A DNA stretch of 18,605 nt, filler included, from an uncultured virus (IMG/VR IMGVR_UViG_2061766007_003026) (taxonomy: Duplodnaviria; Heunggongvirae; Uroviricota; Caudoviricetes). It is 2 parts of one record of this genome, joined end to end, with 100 filler letters (N's around TTAATTAATTAA, not from the genome) between each part and the next. Parts side by side here need not be neighbours in the genome. Positions count along the whole stretch, not along the records: positions 4,014 to 18,605 come from IMGVR_UViG_2061766007_003026; 1 more part is not named here. One strand, 5' to 3'. A model generated the notes under the pieces. That model saw nothing but the letters and a program-made list of their open reading frames with translations, was not told the DNA's origin and did not search any database. A program made the translations under genes and the position numbers. Shown piece after piece: positions 8,667 to 17,306 of the stretch. Every line of letters begins with the position of its first letter. The stretch's first letter is position 1.

Positions 8667-8814
8667 GGATACCAGGTCTGAGTCCCAGTCAGGCCCGGGG
8701 GTCTTCAGGAATTTTCTGTACCCACCGGGAAATCCCCGGGGATGCCCGGGAGGAAATGGAAAGATAATATTTTTATGTCGGGTGGGTGTCCACCCAAAGG
8801 CAAGCAGGTAATAT

Positions 8815-9117
8815 ATGGCCAACGAATTTCACCACATCACGCCCGAGGAACGCAAGACTGCGCAAGACCTCTGGAATAATTTTAATGCCGAGCTCAAGGA
8901 TAGGGGGATGCAGCTCATGTATGACGAGGGCGGTTGAGGATTTATTGTTGTTTCCACCGAGCTTGAGGAAGCCGAGAATAGCCTTGGCGATGACGTTCTG
9001 ACTGAAGCTGAGCTTGTGCAGGTCATTACCGAGGGGAGCTTCGTGTATGACGATACCGTGAACAACCCCATCGTGTTCATCGGTATCGGCGGTGGCTTGG
9101 CAGTGCGCGCTGAATAG
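8815..9117 (+). pseudogene. 100-codon acidic protein reading frame with one in-frame TGA (8935-8937)
   Basis: GCAGGT RBS + ATG 8815: MANEFHHITPEERKTAQDLWNNFNAELKDRGMQLMYDEGG*GFIVVSTELEEAENSLGDDVLTEAELVQVITEGSFVYDDTVNNPIVFIGIGGGLAVRAE-TAG. Missed by the ORF track. Confidence 0.65.
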
Positions 9118-9236
9118 CAGGCGGTACTGCCGGGGAATCCAGGAAGACCCGCGGCGTCCCGGGGAGTGCACGGAGTCCACCGGGGCTTTTTAAGCTCAAA
9201 ATCGGCAATCTGTTGCATAATATACCCCTTTCTGAC

Positions 9237-9252
9237 AAATTTGCTATATTTG
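9237..9252 (+). promoter_or_regulatory. Candidate FCB-group-type -7/-10 promoter element AAATTTGCTATATTTG
   Basis: Matches the Bacteroidetes TAnnTTTG -7 consensus; near-identical AAATTTGCTAGATTTG at 10914-10929. Confidence 0.4.
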
Positions 9253-9390
9253 TAGGTGGAGAACCTCCCGGGAGCCACTGTGGCTGCCGGGAGGATATTC
9301 CGTACCCACCGGGAAATCCCCGGGGACATCCGGGGAAGGGGTGGCAGGGAACGGGTAGATGTAGGGGAAACTTAACAACGGAGGTTTAAG

Positions 9391-10179
9391 ATGAAGAAAC
9401 TCCTCTTGACATTGGGAATGGCCGGGCTCCTCGTGGGCTGTGGCGAAACAACGAACATCAACGGGCTGACCGAAGATGACGTGGAACGTATCCTCTCCGA
9501 GCGTGGAGCCGACACCGTGTACGTGGTGGGCGGCGACACCGTGGAGGTGCGTGACACCTTGTCCGTGACGGACACGGTGGAAATCCGCGGCAAGGACAGC
9601 GTGGTGGTGGAAAAGACCGTGGTGAAGGTGATACGCGATACCGTCGTGACCTACGATACCGTCGTGGTGGAACGTGACCGCAAGTCCGTTGATAACGGCA
9701 CGGGCAAGGACACGTCCCTCTACAAGGTGTACCGCTGGACAGAACCGGTAGGAACCGACAGCGTTCTGCGTGACACTACCATAGTGATTGGCGGCAAGAG
9801 CTTTGAAGGAGTCACGGTAAACAATGTGTTCTATCCGGCCGTGGATTACTCCGTGAATGACTTCCTGCTCGCAAATAATTATTTCAATGCGGACACGGCC
9901 TGCTCCAAATTGCCCGACGGGAAGAATTGGGAAGGCTTCAATGTGGTATGGGACATACTCTACGTCGATTCGTTAGTCGGCCCCGACTTCGGAACCGTCT
10001 TCGGCCTGAATAAAGATAAAATTTATATCACTTACGCCTATCCGCAAGATGATGACGGCACAAACCTGAGATACAACCCGAACAATATTTCCGTATATGA
10101 TTGGCGCGTAGATGCCGCCAAGTACGAAGAAGCCTACGGGGAAAACGTAACGTACAGGTGCAGATACACACTGAAATAA
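9391..10179 (+). CDS. 262-aa lipoprotein with DT(V/L)xV low-complexity repeats
   Basis: GGAGGT RBS; MKKLLLTLGMAGLLVGC lipobox; DTVYVV/DTVEVR/DTLSVT/DTVEIR/DTVVTY/DTVVVE repeats. Confidence 0.88.
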   Translation: MKKLLLTLGMAGLLVGCGETTNINGLTEDDVERILSERGADTVYVVGGDTVEVRDTLSVTDTVEIRGKDSVVVEKTVVKVIRDTVVTYDTVVVERDRKSVDNGTGKDTSLYKVYRWTEPVGTDSVLRDTTIVIGGKSFEGVTVNNVFYPAVDYSVNDFLLANNYFNADTACSKLPDGKNWEGFNVVWDILYVDSLVGPDFGTVFGLNKDKIYITYAYPQDDDGTNLRYNPNNISVYDWRVDAAKYEEAYGENVTYRCRYTLK

Positions 10180-10198
10180 AAAATTTCTACCTGCCATC

Positions 10199-10225
10199 TC
10201 CTCCCGGGAAACCGGGAGGATTTTT
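10199..10225 (+). terminator. Intrinsic terminator
   Basis: TCCTCCCGG-GAAA-CCGGGAGGA-TTTTT. Confidence 0.85.
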
Positions 10226-10353
10226 CGTTTTCCCAGGAATTCCTCCAGTGTCTTCCTGCTGCTCCCACTGGGAGTACGGGACCCACCGGGAAATCCCCGG
10301 GGGCATCCGGGATTAAGGTGATAGGCAACCGAATATTGACAAGGAGGTCCATC

Positions 10354-10855
10354 ATGGACGAGAAAATTTATTGTTCGCAATGCGGTAAGGAATGCGTATC
10401 GGACGGAGTCGGCACGGGATATGGTGAGACACCCGAAGGTACCAAGGTGTGCTACGACTGCTGTGGCAAGAATGACCTTGAACAGCTCAAGGCACTGAAG
10501 GTCGGCGANNNNNNNNNNTTGCGTATCGGACGGAGTCGGCACGGGATATGGTGAAACACCCGAAGGTACCAAGGTGTGCTACGAATGCTGTGGCAAGAAT
10601 GACCTTGAACAGCTCAAGGCACTGAAGGTCGGCGAGAAGATGGTCCTCTATATCCGCAAGGACAAGGACTACGGGTATAGCGTGACCAATTGGCCAGGGA
10701 CCATGAGCGTGAAGTGCGACTACGCCAACGTCAGCTACTCCGGAGGAGGGTCCATGCGGATGGACGTGGGGTTCCGGCTTGACGGCAGGAGCTACTACGG
10801 GGTCCACTACGCGTCGGCAGGAGACCTCGTGACCGTGAAGGCGAGGAAGGGCTAG
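10354..10855 (+). CDS. ~124-aa protein with N-terminal zinc finger (merged across the duplicated overlap at gap 10509-10518)
   Basis: AAGGAGGT RBS; MDEKIYCSQCG...GTGYG...VCYDCC, continuing ...VTNWPG...VKARKG*. Confidence 0.8.
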
Positions 10856-10959
10856 CCCGGTTACCCACCGGGAAATCCCCGGGGAGACCCGGCGGCAGTT
10901 GCCGAGTGAACTGAAATTTGCTAGATTTGATACATAAACCACAAACAGAGGAACCATAA

Positions 10960-11253
10960 ATGAAGAAAGACTACAGCTACGAAGAAAGGCTCAACTTAGA
11001 AGAAAAGCCCAAGAAAGAACCCAAGTCCAAGAAGCCCGAACTCACCAAGGAAGAGCGCGTCGCACGCCTTGAAACCGAGTTTGAAGACCTCAACACGAAG
11101 TACGTCGCCTTGAGTAAGGCGCTCGCAAAGGGTGCTTCCTTCCGCAAGAAGGTCGGAGACGAACAGTACGACCTCCTCGTCCAGCAGAAGAACGCCATGG
11201 AAGCCTACCGCAATATCCTCGCGATAAGGATTCAGCTCCTGAAGGTGTCCTAG
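10960..11253 (+). CDS. crAss001_48-related phage coiled-coil protein
   Basis: RLETEFEDLNTKYVALSKAL...QYDLLVQQKNAMEAYRNILAIRI matches, from memory, the RL..E..EL..K..KL...LL..Q...M..Y..IL..RI pattern of this phage family; needs HMM confirmation. Hairpin at 11277-11305 follows. Confidence 0.65.
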   Translation: MKKDYSYEERLNLEEKPKKEPKSKKPELTKEERVARLETEFEDLNTKYVALSKALAKGASFRKKVGDEQYDLLVQQKNAMEAYRNILAIRIQLLKVS

Positions 11254-11433
11254 CGGACAACCCAGTGCGGATTGGCAAGGCCTCCCGGAGAACCCGGGAG
11301 GTCTTCCTGTATCCCGGGCTGCCCCTGTCGTCGGACCAGGCTGCCCGCTGGGGAGTATGGTACCCACCGGGAAACCCCCGGGGATACCTGGGTGGAGGTC
11401 GGCAGGAAACAGAATTGTACAAGGAGGCCACAT

Positions 11434-11664
11434 ATGGCAAAATATACAATTGAAAAGTTCCCGTTCTCTCAAACCCGTTATGCAGTCAAGGTAACGAATA
11501 CGGATACCGGAAAGCACTGCAAGTTCATGGTCGCGCCTGATGGCATTGACCTCCGCTCGCCGACTCCGGGATTCCCCGGAAAGAACGAGATGAATGATGC
11601 CGAGGTCAAGGCGGAGCTTGCCGCCATGCAGGAGGTGCTCAAGAGCGAACTGAAGACTGCCTAG
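11434..11664 (+). CDS. 76-aa hypothetical protein
   Basis: AAGGAGG RBS + ATG 11434 (MAKYTIEKFPFSQ...); hairpin at 11685-11712. Confidence 0.8.
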   Translation: MAKYTIEKFPFSQTRYAVKVTNTDTGKHCKFMVAPDGIDLRSPTPGFPGKNEMNDAEVKAELAAMQEVLKSELKTA

Positions 11665-11850
11665 CGTTTGACCTACCCCGCGGCAAGCCCCCTACCAGAA
11701 TGTAGGGGGCTTCGTCGTACCAGTGGACTGCTCGTGGAGATGTCGTCAGACCAGGCTGCCCGCTGGAGAGTAGGCGACCCACCGGGGAATCCCCGGGGAC
11801 AGCCGGGAGAGGGGTGGGAGTAAACCTAAGTACAGCAAGGAGATAGAATT

Positions 11851-12363
11851 ATGACAAAATATTCTTACGATGTCCACGTTATTTCCAAGACTCCCGAGGT
11901 CAACGCCACGCTTTGGGTGACCGTGGAGTTTGACCACTGTGTCACGCCGAGGAATAACCTCGTAGATGACGACAGCGAGTTGGGAAAGGCCGCAATCGCT
12001 TACGCCAAGAAGCTCTGCCCCGCCATGGCCGAATGCTTCTGCGAGGAATGGTGTTTCGGCACGCCCGCCCCTGCTCCGCACAAGACTCCCGAGGAGGCGT
12101 TCATCGGCGATGACTACAGCACCAAGATAGATGTGCTCCGCTTTGCCATCAAGCCCCTGCTTACCGCCCTTGACGAGACGGAAATGCACCTCTGCGTTGA
12201 CCACCGCTTCGGGCACCGCTTCCGCCTCACGGCTATTCCCCGAAAGCTGACCGATGATGGACAGATTCCTGAAGACATTGACCCCGAAGTCCTTATTGAG
12301 ATGACAGCGCCGCTCTGCGAGGACGAAACCGTTTATGACGTTGTCGTGATGGACGGGAATTAA
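11851..12363 (+). CDS. 170-aa acidic hypothetical protein
   Basis: AAGGAG RBS; canonical module position; terminator hairpin at 12393-12420. Confidence 0.85.
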   Translation: MTKYSYDVHVISKTPEVNATLWVTVEFDHCVTPRNNLVDDDSELGKAAIAYAKKLCPAMAECFCEEWCFGTPAPAPHKTPEEAFIGDDYSTKIDVLRFAIKPLLTALDETEMHLCVDHRFGHRFRLTAIPRKLTDDGQIPEDIDPEVLIEMTAPLCEDETVYDVVVMDGN

Positions 12364-12548
12364 TTAATTTTTTACCTCCAAACTCGCTCTACAAACCCCT
12401 TCCCGAACGGGAGGGGGTTTCGTTTTGCAGGCGCCACTGCCGGCTCGCTCGCCTCCGGCCGGCGGCCCGCTGGAAGATATGGTACCCACCGGGGAATCCC
12501 CGGGGATACCCGGGAGAGGCAGGGAATAGAATGGCAAGGAGGTATGTC

Positions 12549-13055
12549 ATGGCATACAGAAGTCAGATATGGATGTTGGCAAGCAAGACGGTAGCTGGCC
12601 GAATCTTCGAGTTACTCAAGACCATACCGGAAGGCAAGGAAGCCTTCGAGACCATCAAGGTGTCCAATGACGGGAGCACCTACTATTTCTACCGTTGGGG
12701 ACTGTGGGACGAGAACGACGAATCCGACGTGCTCGCTACCGGCGTGAACGCAATCCTCAACAGCGTGGACGAGAAGGTGAAGACTGACGGCTACTGGTTC
12801 GTCCGCAACGGGGATGACCGCGAGGACTGGGAGGACTTCGTAGTGCACAGCGTCTGTCTTGAGGGCGGGCTGTGCAGTGACGGTGCTGTGGCAGGCGCCT
12901 TCGATGATTGGCGGGACGTCGACGCTGACGGAACCATACATGAGATTGACGTAATGGAACGATGCCGTGCCGAATGGGAAAAATTCCAGAAGGCCATCGA
13001 GCCTTACGGAATGAAGACCGTAGTGGAACTCGAGCAGGCCATCGGCGCCAAATAA
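12549..13055 (+). CDS. 168-aa acidic hypothetical phage-like protein (MAYRSQ...FVRNGDDREDWE)
   Basis: AAGGAGGT RBS favours ATG 12549 over 12531; hairpin at 13077-13103; a probable paralog starts at 18587. Confidence 0.85.
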   Translation: MAYRSQIWMLASKTVAGRIFELLKTIPEGKEAFETIKVSNDGSTYYFYRWGLWDENDESDVLATGVNAILNSVDEKVKTDGYWFVRNGDDREDWEDFVVHSVCLEGGLCSDGAVAGAFDDWRDVDADGTIHEIDVMERCRAEWEKFQKAIEPYGMKTVVELEQAIGAK

Positions 13056-13230
13056 TTTTTTATCGAATACTGCCAAGAAGCCCCCTCGTCCTGAGGGGGC
13101 TTCCTGTTTCCTGAGCCTCGGCGATGTCAGACCGGGAGAACCTCCAGAAGCCTATACGCCCCACCGGGTTCCCCCCGGGGAGACACGGGGATTGGGTCGG
13201 AGAAAACGGTGGAAATGCAAGGAGGCCTAT

Positions 13231-13413
13231 ATGAAGGTAACTATTTCGGCTACGGCCATCATCACCGTCAACGTGGACACCGACAACAAGGAGCAGGCAG
13301 AGTCGCTCGCAGTCGTCAAGGCGGCAGAGACCCCGCTCGCCAAGCTCGTAGAGGACGGGAGCGTGGAGCTCGATTTCGAGGGAGCCGTGTCTGACGTGGA
13401 AGAAGAAGACTAA
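13231..13413 (+). CDS. 60-aa small acidic protein
   Basis: AAGGAGG RBS + ATG 13231; MKVTISATAIITVNVDTDNKEQAESLA. Confidence 0.75.
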   Translation: MKVTISATAIITVNVDTDNKEQAESLAVVKAAETPLAKLVEDGSVELDFEGAVSDVEEED

Positions 13414-13433
13414 CCCATAACACCGGAGGATAT

Positions 13434-13715
13434 ATGGCAAAACATAAAAATACACCGAACGAAGAAACCGAGAGGACGGGCACGGTCGAACTTACCGTGC
13501 GTATCTGTGACGGGGAAACCGGGGAGTTCATCGAGTGTAACGACTACACCCTGGAGGACGTATCGGAGGAAATCGCGAAGGAAGTGGACGCCGGGGATTT
13601 CGACCGAATCTTCCCCTTGCTTTTCGAGGCATATCCATGGGATTTTCCGGATGAGGAACCCGGGGTGGACGCCGAAATCGACAGCTGGGAAGTTGACTGG
13701 GACACCTTCAAGTAA
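13434..13715 (+). CDS. 93-aa extremely acidic protein (candidate DNA mimic)
   Basis: GGAGG RBS; about 28 D/E versus 7 K/R by hand count. Confidence 0.8.
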   Translation: MAKHKNTPNEETERTGTVELTVRICDGETGEFIECNDYTLEDVSEEIAKEVDAGDFDRIFPLLFEAYPWDFPDEEPGVDAEIDSWEVDWDTFK

Positions 13716-13832
13716 GCATACCCACCGGGAAACCCCCGGGGATACCCGGGAGGTAACCCCTAGGGAACGGGTATGTGTCAGGGGCGGTAACCGCTTGCCC
13801 ATGAAAGCGGTTGAATGACAGGAGACAGGCCT

Positions 13833-14033
13833 ATGATTAAGGCAGTGGCAGTCATTATTCTGAGTGCGTTCTCGGTCGGCCTTATCGCCGAGACCGCGCT
13901 TGCGGTACTCACCCTCAGCCAGGGAGCGGTCGTTCCCCTGGGAGATGCCATCGAGCTCGTGGTCGCGTGGTTCGTGGTGCTCGCCATCTTCTATACGGCC
14001 ATGCTCAAGGTGGCATGGCGACATTGGTGGTAG
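13833..14033 (+). CDS. 66-aa two-TM membrane protein, paralog of 8246-8614
   Basis: AGGAG RBS; GLIAET...GAVVPLGDAIELVVAW; alternative start 13815; hairpin at 14066-14098. Confidence 0.75.
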   Translation: MIKAVAVIILSAFSVGLIAETALAVLTLSQGAVVPLGDAIELVVAWFVVLAIFYTAMLKVAWRHWW

Positions 14034-14235
14034 CCTTTCCTTGAAAGGTAGCCCTTGAATGGGCGAGGAACCCCCCGGAGCAGTCCGGGGGGCTTCCTGT
14101 ATCCACCCGGGAGCAGCAGTGGCTGGCCGCCGTCAGACCCGGCCGCCCGCTGGCGGGTATGCGGCCCACCGGGGAATCCCCGAGGATACCGCGGAATCAC
14201 CCGGCAGGGAATTCAATGGTAGCAAGGAGGTTATC

Positions 14236-14637
14236 ATGGCTGAAGAAAATTTCAACATTGACGACGAGAAGTTCGAAGAACTCATAGCGGGTGCCGTAGA
14301 ATCCATTAACGAAAAGTATGAACTCACGAAGCCGCTGTTCATGAGCGACAAGGATTTTGCCCAGAAGCAACTCAAGATTGCAGAAAAGCAAAGCCGCATA
14401 GACGAGGAAATCATGCGCCGCGTCTATGAACGTCATCGTGATGACGGGAACCTTTTCCCACTCATCTTCGGATACGCAAGCGGAACTGTGGCCGGGATTA
14501 ACCTGCTCACCCTTCTTCCCTTGGAGGGCCCGACCCAAGTCGTTACGAAGGTCGTGCAGATTGCCATGCCGACCTACGCCTCCCTTTTCGATAAGCTCAT
14601 CAAGGGCGAAATCGACAAGGAACTCAACGAGATGTGA
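14236..14637 (+). CDS. 133-aa hypothetical protein
   Basis: AAGGAGGT RBS + ATG 14236 (MAEENFNIDDEKFEEL...). Confidence 0.85.
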   Translation: MAEENFNIDDEKFEELIAGAVESINEKYELTKPLFMSDKDFAQKQLKIAEKQSRIDEEIMRRVYERHRDDGNLFPLIFGYASGTVAGINLLTLLPLEGPTQVVTKVVQIAMPTYASLFDKLIKGEIDKELNEM

Positions 14638-14655
14638 TTGTGTTCTGACCTCCAA

Positions 14656-14691
14656 GGAACCTCCCGGGTGAATCCGGGAGGTTTCTTTTTT
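14656..14691 (+). terminator. Intrinsic terminator
   Basis: GGAACCTCCCGG-GTGAAT-CCGGGAGGTTTC-TTTTTT. Confidence 0.85.
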
Positions 14692-14837
14692 CTCCTGAAT
14701 TCCTGACGCTTCCGGCACGAGCAAATCAGGTGCCGCCCGAAATTTTTTATACCCCACCGGGTAGCCCCCGGGGATACCCGGTCTGATTGCCGGAGCAAAG
14801 CGGAGTATAGTAACAATTATCAACGGAGGCAACTCAG

Positions 14838-15152
14838 ATGAAAAGACTTCTCTTCAGATACATCCCGGTAGCGGGTATCGTCCTCATGATGTGCGCGTGC
14901 GGAGATGCGAGCCGAGATGCTGCCAAGGAAACCGCCCGTTCCGCAGGCAAGCTCGCGGTGGCCGCGGCAGGCGACGCTGCCGAGGTCGTGGTCGGTGTCG
15001 CCGTTGAAGGCGCCAAGGGAACCGGGGCGGCCATCGCCGAGAAGGCCGAGGAAGCCAAGGACAAGGTGGTGGCGGCCGTCAAGGACGCCAAGGAAGACGT
15101 CACCGGCAAGGTCAAGGACACCGCCGGTGCTGCCAAGAAGGGGGTGAAGTGA
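14838..15152 (+). CDS. 104-aa Ala/Lys-rich helical lipoprotein (LEA-like repeats)
   Basis: GGAGG RBS; MKRLLFRYIPVAGIVLMMCAC signal/lipobox; AEKAEEAKDKVVAAVKDAKEDV; terminator at 15207-15237. Confidence 0.8.
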   Translation: MKRLLFRYIPVAGIVLMMCACGDASRDAAKETARSAGKLAVAAAGDAAEVVVGVAVEGAKGTGAAIAEKAEEAKDKVVAAVKDAKEDVTGKVKDTAGAAKKGVK

Positions 15153-15310
15153 TGGATTGGCGTACAGGAGGATACCACGGCTAAGGTATCGAGATGAATG
15201 GAGACTCTCCCGGGTAAGTCCGGGAGGATTATTTTTTCCCACCGGGGAGAGCCCGGAGATGTCCGGGGATTGTCTGGCAGGGAACCATATCGTACAAGGA
15301 GATAAACGAC

Positions 15311-15868
15311 ATGGACATAACTATCGCAAAGAACACTGACGGAACACTTGACGCATCGTGGAAAGTGTGGGTCAACCACCGTTGGGAAACCGAACACCTC
15401 ACCGCAAGGAACTCAACAGAACTTGCCAATGCGGTAAGCAACCGCACGGGTTTCTTCGTCGTGTCCCCTGCCGTGCAGGAAGGAGTCCTTTCGGTGGACA
15501 ATGAAGGCATGGATACGTGGCGCCAGCAGCTCTATTCCCTCAGCGAAGGCGCCATCGGTGTAGGGGACATCGTGAACACCGACAAGTACAAGGTTGCCCG
15601 CAGGAAGTTCGTGACACAGAGCGCGAAGACTTTCGCAGACATCGTGATTTCCGCCCTTTCCCCGTCCCTTCCGCACGACCATGTAAAGGAAGCCGAGAGT
15701 CTTTCGGCAGTGTGGCGCGAGGCCACGGAAAACGAAATTTCCGACAAGTCCATCAAATGGGAAATGGAGGGGAATAGCAAGTACGGGCGCAGGATGATTA
15801 ACCGAGAACTCCACATCTGGCGCAACCTCACCATGTCGGAATTCTACGGTGGCGGTATTGTGGACTAG
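15311..15868 (+). CDS. 185-aa hypothetical protein
   Basis: AAGGAG RBS; canonical module position. Confidence 0.85.
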   Translation: MDITIAKNTDGTLDASWKVWVNHRWETEHLTARNSTELANAVSNRTGFFVVSPAVQEGVLSVDNEGMDTWRQQLYSLSEGAIGVGDIVNTDKYKVARRKFVTQSAKTFADIVISALSPSLPHDHVKEAESLSAVWREATENEISDKSIKWEMEGNSKYGRRMINRELHIWRNLTMSEFYGGGIVD

Positions 15869-15886
15869 TATACGGCCAATCTTCGG

Positions 15887-15920
15887 AAAGCCTCCCGTTC
15901 GCGGGAGGTTTTTTATTTTT
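15887..15920 (+). terminator. Intrinsic terminator
   Basis: AAAGCCTCCCG-TTCG-CGGGAGGTTTT-TTATTTTT. Confidence 0.85.
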
Positions 15921-16026
15921 ACTGGAGCCGTCATGCTTTCAGGACTCTTCCAGGAATCCACCGGGTAGAGCCCGGAGTTGGCCGGAGGGGAACCCGGAGG
16001 GAATCCTTGCTCAAGGAGAATTTTTT

Positions 16027-16275
16027 ATGACAGGAAAAGAGCAGAAGATTGCTGACGAACTCGTCAAGCTCGGCATGGACAAGGGATATGCCGAGAGGAT
16101 AGTTCCCACCTACGGGAACCTGATTGCGTCCCGCAAGAAACGGACTGTGCGGGCGGTGGCCGTCGAAATCTACAACAAGGAGGACGGTGAATGGAGCAGG
16201 CTTACGGGAAGGAAGAAGCAGCCGTTGCTGGCTGGCGGTATCCCGTTCATACTGCCACTGAGCATAAGTCGCTGA
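16027..16275 (+). CDS. 82-aa basic hypothetical protein
   Basis: AAGGAG RBS; hairpin at 16296-16325 follows. Confidence 0.75.
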   Translation: MTGKEQKIADELVKLGMDKGYAERIVPTYGNLIASRKKRTVRAVAVEIYNKEDGEWSRLTGRKKQPLLAGGIPFILPLSISR

Positions 16276-16449
16276 GTATCAACTGAATGGAGAACGAAGA
16301 CCTCCCGGGGAACCGGGGGGTCTTCCTGGTTCTGGAGGCGTCGTGCTGTCGAGAGACGACTGGGGAGGCTGGAAGGTACGNNNNNNNNNNGGTGGGAGTG
16401 GACATGGATATGCGAGGGCAATACCGCCCTGCATGGCAAGGAGCAAAAA

Positions 16450-17109
16450 ATGAGCTTGAAATACACTTATACCAACCAAGAGCAGGTAAACGCCACCATT
16501 GACACGCAGGCACGACAGCACTCCGAATGCTCCGTGCTCGCAGTATGGTCGCAGGAAATTGGGGAATATTGGATTGACACTCTCGTAGGCGGTTTGGAGG
16601 TTAGCGGAAACTTTGGCGGTGACGCGGCCACCAAGGTATTCCGTACGTGCAATATTAACGACCCGAAGAACAACATTTGCGATACGAATGTGCGTGACGT
16701 TGAATACTTCGCCACCAAGGAAGAGTTCGCCGCTGTACTCAAGCGACTCACCACCCGCATGGAAGACAAGACGGGCAATGCTATCATCGCCTACATCGCC
16801 AAGCGGGAAAACACTTTTCCCCGAATCGTGTTCGCTTCGGTTGATAAGTATGGCAACGTGAATACCATCTCTGTCAATACGTCGGGAAAATTCTTTATTG
16901 GTGAAGACCGTACCGAAAAAATGTATGGTGATATCAAGTGGACTCTGTATCTCAATCCTGCGGACATTGCGAGCGATTGGTGGGATTATTGCGAAAATCA
17001 GCAGGCAATAAGTACCCGTAATGTCCACAAGGCATATGACGAGCGCCGTGCCACCCTCGCCAACGCCGACAATATCCTTGACGCTATCCGCAAGGCGCAG
17101 GGAAAATAA
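16450..17109 (+). CDS. 219-aa hypothetical protein
   Basis: AAGGAG RBS; its upstream repeat probably falls in the gap at 16381-16390. Confidence 0.85.
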   Translation: MSLKYTYTNQEQVNATIDTQARQHSECSVLAVWSQEIGEYWIDTLVGGLEVSGNFGGDAATKVFRTCNINDPKNNICDTNVRDVEYFATKEEFAAVLKRLTTRMEDKTGNAIIAYIAKRENTFPRIVFASVDKYGNVNTISVNTSGKFFIGEDRTEKMYGDIKWTLYLNPADIASDWWDYCENQQAISTRNVHKAYDERRATLANADNILDAIRKAQGK

Positions 17110-17126
17110 TTTTCCATTGAGCTACC

Positions 17127-17163
17127 AAGGCCCACGGGTAACCCCCGTGGGTCTTTCTTTTTT
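17127..17163 (+). terminator. Intrinsic terminator
   Basis: AAGGCCCACGGG-TAACC-CCCGTGGGTCTT-TCTTTTTT. Confidence 0.85.
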
Positions 17164-17306
17164 CCACGGTGCCTCCTGAAGCTTCGTCGTCAAATCTGAG
17201 ATTCGCCCCGAAGGCTATAGCCCCCACCGGGTTCCCCCCGGGGAGACCCGGGGATGACACGGGAGGCAACCTATATATGCACGCAACCATCATCTAGGAG
17301 AAACCA

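Noticed and set aside
8935..8937. Alternative genetic code (TGA reassigned)
   Set aside because: Only one case; several other genes end at TGA just before terminators.
291..10630. Tandem duplications flanking 10-N gaps (441, 3192, 3352, 4065, 5029, 10509) as real repeats or frameshifts
   Set aside because: Each is tied to a fixed-length N gap, typical of scaffolded strain bubbles.
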